Positions 24,719 through 32,000 of a DNA stretch of 32,000 nt are shown here, in pieces; positions within the stretch are counted from its first letter, which is position 1; every line of letters starts with the position of its first letter. The translations under genes and the position numbers were made by a program. This stretch comes from Promethearchaeia archaeon (GTDB lineage Archaea > Asgardarchaeota > Lokiarchaeia > Sigyniarchaeales > SOKP01): the NCBI GenBank assembly GCA_046497275.1, contig JAWOFX010000167.1, positions 16,825 through 48,824 on the forward strand. The letters are read 5' to 3'. The notes under the pieces are model-generated. The model saw only the letters and a list, made by a program, of their open reading frames with translations. It did not search any database and was not told where the DNA came from.

Positions 24719-25669
24719 ATGGAAAAGATGAAAAAAAATATTATAATTTCAATTTTAATTAGTATTTTCTCAATTATTCTAATAATTATAATTTTATTAA
24801 ATTCGATCTTCTTTCAATTCTTCTGGAATCAAGAATTAAGAAATCTTCTCCCAAATTTTGAGTTCTTTTTCCGATATATCACAGAGTTGGGAGGTACTTT
24901 AATATATTTAGGAATATTTTTTACTCTTTTTTGGGGAATTAATAAGAAATTAGCTAGAAATTTAATTTTGATATATATTAGCTCTAATTTTGTTAATTTT
25001 TACGCTAAAGCTTTTATTGGAAATCCCCGTCCAGATCAGTCAAACTGGATTTTAATAGAGGCATCCCATTTAAGCACACCAAGTGGACATGCAATGAGTT
25101 CCACAGTGGTATGGGGATATGTGGGAGTTAAAATGAAAAATATTCTAACTCTTACAATTTCTTTATTGATAATATTCTTAGTAAGTCTTTCCCGAATGTA
25201 TCTTGGTGTGCATTGGTTAGGAGATATTTTAACTGGTTGGCTATTCGGATTAATTGTTTTATTATTAGCAAATATTATAGAACACTCTGAAATAAAATTG
25301 GGGAAAAATAAGAATTTTAACATTAATATTTTTCTTATAGTTTTTGGATTTATTGCATTGATTTTAACCGAACTTTTTAATATTTCAAGCTACAATTTTG
25401 GTACAGTAGGCGGTCAATTCATTGGAATTGGAATAGGGTTTATTTTGGAGCAAAAATTTGTTAATTTTGATATTGAATTGGAGAAAATGAAATCTTGGAA
25501 AATTATTACTCGTATTTTTATTGGAATAGTGATAGTTGCAATTATCTATTTAGGATTATATCTTGTAATAGATTCTGATATATTTTGGCAAGTTACTCTT
25601 CAATATATTTTAGTATTTCTTGTAGGAATATTTCTCTGGCCTTTTATATTCCAAAAATTAAATTTATAA
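24719..25669 (+). CDS. PAP2-family membrane phosphatase
   Basis: KAFIGNPRP, STPSGHA, SRMYLGVHWLGD, and additional C-terminal TM helices. Confidence 0.9.
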   Translation: MEKMKKNIIISILISIFSIILIIIILLNSIFFQFFWNQELRNLLPNFEFFFRYITELGGTLIYLGIFFTLFWGINKKLARNLILIYISSNFVNFYAKAFIGNPRPDQSNWILIEASHLSTPSGHAMSSTVVWGYVGVKMKNILTLTISLLIIFLVSLSRMYLGVHWLGDILTGWLFGLIVLLLANIIEHSEIKLGKNKNFNINIFLIVFGFIALILTELFNISSYNFGTVGGQFIGIGIGFILEQKFVNFDIELEKMKSWKIITRIFIGIVIVAIIYLGLYLVIDSDIFWQVTLQYILVFLVGIFLWPFIFQKLNL

Positions 25670-25702
25670 ATTATTAATAATAAAAAAATAGGTGTTTAGT
25701 AT

Positions 25703-25918
25703 TTGAAAAATCAAAAAAAAGTTCAAAATGAATCTCTTACGATTTTTTGGGGGTTTATATTAATAATATTAGGTGCAATTGGTGTTATTCAAATCGGATT
25801 ACTTGAAGGTTTAACACAATTTATTATCTATGGAGGTATTCTTTTTTTCATAGGAATAGTTATATTGAGTATTGTAATATTTGTTTATAAGGATAGTACT
25901 CAAAGCCTTTCTCGTTAA
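25703..25918 (+). CDS. Small two-TM membrane protein
   Basis: TTG start 8 nt after AGGTG, two hydrophobic segments, fills the gap after the PAP2 gene. Confidence 0.6.
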   Translation: MKNQKKVQNESLTIFWGFILIILGAIGVIQIGLLEGLTQFIIYGGILFFIGIVILSIVIFVYKDSTQSLSR

Positions 25919-25982
25919 CTTAATTTTAATATTCCTTTTTATAACTTAAAATGAGGAGAAGTGTGTCAAAAAATTTATAAGT

Positions 25983-26855
25983 TCATAATAAATTTTTAAT
26001 TTCAGGGAGAGATTGAATTAGCGTTCCTATTGCATTGTCAATTCCATTTTCCATATCTGGATGAATTTCATTTGTTTCTAAAAGATCATATTCCGTACCT
26101 GGAAGATCTGATACAGCTAGGAGTGCGGTGGTTTTTAAATTATATTTTTTTCCTAATAGAAACATAACACTTGACTCCATATCAACTGCTTCAACATTTA
26201 TAGATCTCATAGCATTTAGAAACTCAGTTGTCTCGCAGAATAAAGCATCAGTAGTCCATAAATCTACTTTTTTAATTCTGTTCTGATATAATTCCTTTCC
26301 TTTATTAAATAAAATATTAGTTAAATCCTCATCTGGATAGGTTATGAAAATTTCTTGACTTCCAGCAATTAAGTTTTGGAATCTTCCTAATGGGTTTGAT
26401 ATTGAACTAAATTGCGTAGTAAGTCCTGGATATTTTAATATATATTGTGGGGAACTACCATCTCCACAATAAGTTGAATTAGCGACTATCATATTTCCAA
26501 TTGTGACATTAGAATTTAATCCTGAAACTCCTCCACAGAAATCTATTCTTATAATTTTTTTTGCTTTAGTCCTTCTTAATGCTTCAATCATAATCGCCAT
26601 GTTAGGAGCTCCCAAATGACATTGAATAATACTCACTCTAACACCATTGATAATTCCATTAAAACTCCTACCTTGCTTATTTTTTCCTTCTAATTTATTC
26701 ACCATTTTCCGCATTACAGATTTTACGGTTGGAAGAATTACAATATCACTAATGTTTTCTGGTTTTGTTTCTAAGAATAATCTGACGATTTTTTCATCTA
26801 CACTGATAAACTTTAAACCTAAATTTAACAATTCACTTTTGATTTTTTTTATCAT
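25983..26855 (-). CDS. Nucleoside phosphorylase (PNP/UDP family)
   Basis: LGAPNMAIMIEAL, RIDFCGG, WTTDALFCET, AVDMESS, AVSD. Confidence 0.85.
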   Translation of the reverse strand: MIKKIKSELLNLGLKFISVDEKIVRLFLETKPENISDIVILPTVKSVMRKMVNKLEGKNKQGRSFNGIINGVRVSIIQCHLGAPNMAIMIEALRRTKAKKIIRIDFCGGVSGLNSNVTIGNMIVANSTYCGDGSSPQYILKYPGLTTQFSSISNPLGRFQNLIAGSQEIFITYPDEDLTNILFNKGKELYQNRIKKVDLWTTDALFCETTEFLNAMRSINVEAVDMESSVMFLLGKKYNLKTTALLAVSDLPGTEYDLLETNEIHPDMENGIDNAIGTLIQSLPEIKNLL

Positions 26856-27061
26856 TATAAATCATTTGATTGGGAAAATAAATATTTATTATTTAGATAT
26901 TTGATTATGAATGATCGTTATCTAATAAGACTAATGCAATAAGTTATAATATATAAGTTCATAGATAATTTACTCTCGACTTATAAAATTTAAGAATCAA
27001 GTTAATTTTTCTATGAAGGTTTTTAATATTTATAATGTTTTAATTTCTGTGATTTGTTACT

Positions 27062-28327
27062 ATGAAAATTACGAATGAATTTGTTGAGGCATATACAAAA
27101 TCTAACTATAGAATAATAGGAGCGCATAAACATACTGCTATTAAACCATGTCATTGGTTAGAGCAAAAATTAATGACGGGAAGGGCGAACCGAAATTGTT
27201 ATAAAGAAGCGTTTGGAGTGGATAGTCATAGATGCCTTCAGAATACACCATCTTACCCATTTTGCAATCATCAATGTGTGTTTTGTTGGAGAGATATAGA
27301 AGAGGGATCTTTAGGAAGTCAATTTGAAGTGGATCCCGATGAACCTGAGGAATTAGTTGATGAGATGTTGAGACACCAACAAGATATTATTAAAAATCAT
27401 TTGCCTCTGAGAAGATACCTTGATAATTATGAATTGATGATTGATATTATTTATTTTATGCTTCTTCAAGATGATTACCACACTATCGCGTCTTTAGCTG
27501 ATAGTATTCATGTGAGTAAGAATAAAATAACTCGTGCTTTGAATCTATTAAAAAATCAGAATTTCATAATTCCAATTGATGTGAGTTTGAACCATTATGA
27601 GTTAAATAACGAAATCAAGAATTCATTAGAGGCAAAAGACGAAGTAGAACTTCTTATTCAAAGGGAATTAACCAGTCCAGATGATATTATGCGTGCTCAT
27701 TCAGAAGCTTTATATCCAAATCATGCAGCAATCTCTCTTGATGGGGAGCCTTTATTATATCCAAAAATGTCTGGATTAGTTCATGAATTTAAGAAACACA
27801 ATATGACTACTTTTATAGTAACAAATGGGACACTTCCAAAGAGAATAGAGCAATTGAATCCACTTCCATCTCAATTATATATTACCCTTCCAGCGCCAAA
27901 TGAAAAAATATATAAAAAAACATGTAGACCGATGATAAAAAATGGATGGGACAGAATCATGGAAACTTTAGCCATGATCGAATCTCTTTCAACTAGAACT
28001 CTCATAAGAGCCACCGCTGTAAAAAATCTTAATATAAATAATGATTTTATTGACGATTATATTAAAATAATTGAAAAGGCAAATCCTAATTTTTTTGAAA
28101 TTAAGGGTTTCACATTACAAGCAAAAGCTCTGGAAATTAATAATCGTCTAAAGCAAGAAAAAGAATTGCAAGAATATTTTCCGGAATATGATTATTTAGA
28201 CAAAATAGCTATAGAATTTGAAAGAAAGAGTGGTTTTCCAATAATTTATAAAAATGAAGTCAGCCGAGACTTTCTATTTGCCGTGAATTGGAATGAATAT
28301 AAAGATCCCAAAATTAGAAAACCGTAA
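27062..28327 (+). CDS. taw1: 4-demethylwyosine synthase (radical SAM) with an internal HTH insertion
   Basis: HTAIKPCHW, CYK (Schiff-base Lys), SHRC, CNHQCVFCWR, HAAISLDGEP, TFIVTNG, PSQLYITL. Confidence 0.93.
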   Translation: MKITNEFVEAYTKSNYRIIGAHKHTAIKPCHWLEQKLMTGRANRNCYKEAFGVDSHRCLQNTPSYPFCNHQCVFCWRDIEEGSLGSQFEVDPDEPEELVDEMLRHQQDIIKNHLPLRRYLDNYELMIDIIYFMLLQDDYHTIASLADSIHVSKNKITRALNLLKNQNFIIPIDVSLNHYELNNEIKNSLEAKDEVELLIQRELTSPDDIMRAHSEALYPNHAAISLDGEPLLYPKMSGLVHEFKKHNMTTFIVTNGTLPKRIEQLNPLPSQLYITLPAPNEKIYKKTCRPMIKNGWDRIMETLAMIESLSTRTLIRATAVKNLNINNDFIDDYIKIIEKANPNFFEIKGFTLQAKALEINNRLKQEKELQEYFPEYDYLDKIAIEFERKSGFPIIYKNEVSRDFLFAVNWNEYKDPKIRKP

Positions 28328-28331
28328 CTCA

Positions 28332-29558
28332 TTATTTTTGATTTATAAATGTTTTCATAAAAGTCTCTCCATCTTCAATTAAACCAAACTCTCCATTCTT
28401 TCCATTAATTTCAGAAAATTTTCTTTTTGTAAATCTTTCTTGGTTTGGATTGAAAATGGCAAATGGAACTGGTTCATTAGAATGAGTTCGTATCTTACAA
28501 GGAGTTAGATGATCTGGTAAGACTCCGATGACTAAATCGTTCTGAAATTGAGATTCCGCTTGAATTATTGGTTTCATAATTTTTTCATCAAAATCTTTTA
28601 AAGCTTCAATTTTCTTTTGTGGGTCTCCAGTATGTCCCATCTCATCAATTGCTTCAATATGCAAATACACGAAATCTTTATCTTTTAATTCATTTATAGC
28701 GGCATTTACTTTCCCAGAGTAATTTGTATCTGGAAGTCCTGTAGCACCTTTTACATGCACAGGTTTCAATCCCACAGCAATACCTAACCCAAAGACTAAA
28801 TCTACTGCTGAAATGACAGAACCCTTAAGACCATATTTTTCGTTAAATGGCTCGATATTAGGTTTTTTTCCGCCACTCCATGGCCAAATATTTGATGCTA
28901 TATTCTTTCCATGTGATTTCCTATTTTGGTTTATTTCATGGGCAATAAGTAATGAAGCGCTTTTTTCAATTAGGTTGATAATTTTATTAGCAGTCTTTTG
29001 AGCTTTTTGATTATTACTATCTTGAGGAATTGGGAGATAATCTTTGTAAGGTTTATCGAGAATATCATGAGGGGGAGTGGTAGCAATTTTTTCAGAATAT
29101 TTTTCTCCATTTAATTTTAAAATATGTCTATATTGCACACCTGGATAAAAATCAATTCCTTGCTCTCCCAAATTGTGTTGTAACATTTTTATTAATTTTT
29201 GTCCCTCTGGAGTAGAGATATGCCCGGAAGAATAATCTATAATTAAGCAATTTTCGATAGTAATTAAATTACATCTAAATGCGAGATCTGTGTCATTTAA
29301 AGGAACATTCGCACTTAACGCTTCTAATGGACCCCGTCCAGTAAGATCTGTTTTAGGATTATATCCCATAATCGTCATATTAGCACATTCACTACCTGGT
29401 TTCATCCCTTCAGGTATACTTTTTAGCAATCCCATCTTCCCATGAGATGCGATCCAATCCAAATTTGGAGTTTCAGTAGCCTCAAAGATGGTCTTATTTC
29501 CAATGCTTTCAATTGGCCAATCTGCAGCTCCATCACAAATTATAAGAATATATTTCAT
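28332..29558 (-). CDS. apgM: Cofactor-independent phosphoglycerate mutase, archaeal type
   Basis: CDGAAD, TPNLD, PGSECAN, HIEAIDEMGH, PDHLTP, HSNEPVP. Confidence 0.92.
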   Translation of the reverse strand: MKYILIICDGAADWPIESIGNKTIFEATETPNLDWIASHGKMGLLKSIPEGMKPGSECANMTIMGYNPKTDLTGRGPLEALSANVPLNDTDLAFRCNLITIENCLIIDYSSGHISTPEGQKLIKMLQHNLGEQGIDFYPGVQYRHILKLNGEKYSEKIATTPPHDILDKPYKDYLPIPQDSNNQKAQKTANKIINLIEKSASLLIAHEINQNRKSHGKNIASNIWPWSGGKKPNIEPFNEKYGLKGSVISAVDLVFGLGIAVGLKPVHVKGATGLPDTNYSGKVNAAINELKDKDFVYLHIEAIDEMGHTGDPQKKIEALKDFDEKIMKPIIQAESQFQNDLVIGVLPDHLTPCKIRTHSNEPVPFAIFNPNQERFTKRKFSEINGKNGEFGLIEDGETFMKTFINQK

Positions 29559-29633
29559 TAAGTCAATTAATAAACAGTATTTAAGATTTTTTACTATTAA
29601 TTCCTATATGGTGCTTTAAGAACTTATTCTTTA

Positions 29634-30290
29634 CTATTTAATATTTGGTTCTTGATAATTTCTCAACACAAAATGTATTGATTTTTTCAAATCTCCTAAA
29701 TTTATTTTCTTTAATGCGGAAAATTCTAAATATGGCAAGGAATGAGCATAATCATAATTGAACTCATCTAAATTGACAAAATTTAGACCATATTGTTGTG
29801 CGGTGGTGATAAAATAATTAATAATCCTTTTTTTATCAAATACAGAGACTTTGTCAATCTTGTTAATTATAATTACTATAGGAATTGAGTATTCAAGTAA
29901 AAAAGTGATGAGTTCAAAACTTAAAGGTATTGTCTTTTTCTTTCTATAATAAAATTTTTCAAGTTCATCTTCGATTCTTAGAATATTTATTACTACTAAT
30001 CCTAAAAAATAGTCATTATGGTTTTTCTCGATATGACCTACAATTTGTTTTTTAATATGTTCTTCACGTCGGTGGCTTGCCTGTTTCGCAAATCCAAAAC
30101 CTGGGAGATCCACAATTTCATACTGCATGCCCTCTTGATATATTGGTTTAATCAACAAGGTACTTCCCGGAGTCTTTCCTATTTTTCCTTTGAATTCACT
30201 TGGATTAGGTAAAAGCAATTTAGTTATTGTACTTTTTCCAACATTCGAGTTTCCAATTACTAATAACTTAGGATGATTATGATAAGGCAT
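29634..30290 (-). CDS. engB: EngB/YihA-like GTP-binding protein
   Basis: GNSNVGKST, PGST, DLPGFG, NKIDK. Confidence 0.8.
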   Translation of the reverse strand: MPYHNHPKLLVIGNSNVGKSTITKLLLPNPSEFKGKIGKTPGSTLLIKPIYQEGMQYEIVDLPGFGFAKQASHRREEHIKKQIVGHIEKNHNDYFLGLVVINILRIEDELEKFYYRKKKTIPLSFELITFLLEYSIPIVIIINKIDKVSVFDKKRIINYFITTAQQYGLNFVNLDEFNYDYAHSLPYLEFSALKKINLGDLKKSIHFVLRNYQEPNIK

Positions 30291-30397
30291 AATAATGGAT
30301 AAAAAAATCTTCTATAGAAATAATAACTAAGGAAAAGCAATAAAATTTTGGTGCTCAACTCTATAATAGAGATGTAAATAAGAATTAAGATATCATT

Positions 30398-30583
30398 TTA
30401 TTTTTTCATATGCTCTCTCAAATACATATTAACCGTTTCATAGGGAGATAAAATTCCTTCCAAGTACTTTTTTCTGGCTTTTTCCAAACATTCTGGACAG
30501 ATAGCTAGCTGTAAGTCGTTCTTAAATTCTTTTTCACATTCTAAACAAATATGATATTCTTGAGTGGATAACAAATCAAACAC
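30398..30583 (-). CDS. Small zinc-finger protein (CxxC-x10-CxxC)
   Basis: CLEC...CPEC in a 61-aa ORF. AGGTG upstream could instead serve a TTG start at 30574. Confidence 0.7.
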   Translation of the reverse strand: MFDLLSTQEYHICLECEKEFKNDLQLAICPECLEKARKKYLEGILSPYETVNMYLREHMKK

Positions 30584-30687
30584 CTTTATTTGAAACTAAT
30601 ATAGATAAGTTAACGAAAACAGGTTTAAATATAAGATGAGACTATAGATTTATTAAAAAATTCGAAAGTGATGAGTCTAGATAAATT

Positions 30688-31692
30688 TTAAAGGTCAGAG
30701 AAATCATCCTTTAAAAATTCTCGAAACATTTTCTTTTTCTTTTTATCTTCTATTTTTGGTTTGGTAATGATCGGATCTCCTGCTTTCTCTAGTATCTCCT
30801 TTAATTTGCTTGTATCATAATTAATTTTAAATTTGCTTCCAGTTTGATAACGAACGATTTGCGTATTTTCTATTTTTAAGCGCAAAATATAACCTAACCC
30901 AAAATAAAACTGATGTTCGGGTATTGGATTAATAGGAGATTTACTTGTGTCTTCTTTTAGTAAATCATACAGTATAAATTTACTTGCAGTATGGTCCTCA
31001 ACTTCAAACACTAGATAGTAGAGAGCATGATACCAGATCTTATCTCTTTTATCCTTAATATATTCTAAAAAATCCTCTTCAGTGATTATTTCCTTCTTCT
31101 CTTTTTCCTTCTTTTTCTTAAGCTCTTCTTGAATTCGCCTCTCAATATCATCAGAGAGAGAAGAGGAAGATTGTTGAGTGGATTTTATTTCCTTAGATAT
31201 TGATTCTTCTTGCTTAACTGTATCTACTGCTTGTTGCATTTGGATAAGTTCTTGGAGATCCATTTTACCTATATCGGAAAAATCTACCATCATTTCTTCC
31301 TTAGTTTCTAGTGTTTCATCTACTTCATTAACTTCTTGGAGCTCTTCACTCGGAGTAATTTCCTTGGGAATTTCTTGTGTTGTTAATCTTTCTTCAGCCT
31401 TGTTTGCGTCTTGAAGCTCTTCGCTTTGAGTAATGTCCTTAGGAATTTCTGGTGATTCTGTTGTTTCTTCAATTTCAACGACTTCCAAAGTTTCTTCATC
31501 TGCTTGAATGTTTTCTACAGTATCCTCGACCTCTTTTACATGGAAGATTGCTTCTTGCATAGCTTCAATTTCTTCCAGTTCTAGATCTTCTAGATCAGAG
31601 AAGTCAGATTTAAGTTGGGAAATTTCTTGTAAATACGTTTCATAATCATCTTCTTCATCATTAATAATATCTTCATCTTGATTATCTGACAT
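30688..31692 (-). CDS. Hypothetical protein with long acidic low-complexity N-terminus and folded C-terminal domain
   Basis: ATG 31692 lies 7 nt after GAGGTA. The N-terminal half is D/E-rich with an internal 25-aa duplication; the C-terminal ~130 aa are aromatic-rich. Confidence 0.8.
   Translation of the reverse strand: MSDNQDEDIINDEEDDYETYLQEISQLKSDFSDLEDLELEEIEAMQEAIFHVKEVEDTVENIQADEETLEVVEIEETTESPEIPKDITQSEELQDANKAEERLTTQEIPKEITPSEELQEVNEVDETLETKEEMMVDFSDIGKMDLQELIQMQQAVDTVKQEESISKEIKSTQQSSSSLSDDIERRIQEELKKKKEKEKKEIITEEDFLEYIKDKRDKIWYHALYYLVFEVEDHTASKFILYDLLKEDTSKSPINPIPEHQFYFGLGYILRLKIENTQIVRYQTGSKFKINYDTSKLKEILEKAGDPIITKPKIEDKKKKKMFREFLKDDFSDL
31300..31449 (-). repeat. Intragenic 75-bp (25-aa) tandem duplication
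   Basis: EIPKDITQSEELQDANKAEERLTTQ followed by EIPKEITPSEELQEVNEVDETLETK; the similarity is also visible in the DNA. Confidence 0.8.
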
Positions 31693-31815
31693 ATTCAATT
31701 ACCTCTAGGAATCTTGTGATTTCAAAATCTTTCTGAAATTATAAAATCCGATATTCAATAATATTATGAAAATAAAATAATTAAAATTAATTTATACATT
31801 AATCCAAATTAGGAT

Positions 31816-32000
31816 ATGGAAACATTAAACTTAGAAAATTATAAAGGGATTATTTTTGATTTGGATGGAGTTATATACGATATAACGAATGCTATCACGA
31901 AAGCCGTTGAGGATGGAGTAGAAAAATATAAACTGGAAGTAAAGATTGATGATGTTTTACAAGAAATAGCTCATCTAATTGAAGAGATACAACATTATCC
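31816..32000 (+). CDS. HAD-superfamily hydrolase (3' truncated by window edge)
   Basis: Absent from the ORF track. My translation is METLNLENYKGIIFDLDGVIYDITNAITKAV..., containing HAD motif I (FDLDG), open to the window end. Confidence 0.85.
   Translation, partial: METLNLENYKGIIFDLDGVIYDITNAITKAVEDGVEKYKLEVKIDDVLQEIAHLIEEIQHY

Noticed and set aside
27401-27676. Taw1 insertion as an intein or mobile intron
   Set aside because: It has no N-terminal Cys/Ser with C-terminal His-Asn, no LAGLIDADG motif, and it is short and in frame.
1-32000. tRNA, rRNA, CRISPR arrays, transposases, integrases, defence systems
   Set aside because: I saw no GC-rich structured intergenic segment, regularly spaced repeat array or recognisable mobile or defence motif.

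Overview
AT-rich archaeal chromosomal window, most likely from an Asgard archaeon of the Lokiarchaeia type. This is inferred from the combination of a stand-alone roadblock protein, an Arf/Rag-like small GTPase, TFB, Taw1 and ApgM; no database search was run. I count about 26 real CDSs, two cut by the window edges, and see no rRNA, tRNA, CRISPR array or mobile element. Housekeeping genes (acs, tfb, taw1, apgM, engB, nucleoside phosphorylase, two PAP2 phosphatases) are mixed with unusual architectures. The best candidates for undescribed biology are: (1) acs transcribed divergently from a CoA-transferase-fold/Pat-type GNAT fusion whose catalytic Glu is replaced by His, possibly a metabolite-sensing lysine-acetylation switch; (2) a 1233-aa protein with a Rab-like pseudo-GTPase domain, an alpha-solenoid and three ~170-aa repeats, preceded by a tandemly duplicated promoter; (3) an HhH-like/Arf-Rag GTPase/coiled-coil gene, divergent from tfb, that appears to need a non-canonical ATT start; (4) winged-helix modules grafted onto a CDF transporter and inserted into Taw1; (5) a Zn-ribbon membrane protein paired with a double-wHTH regulator.
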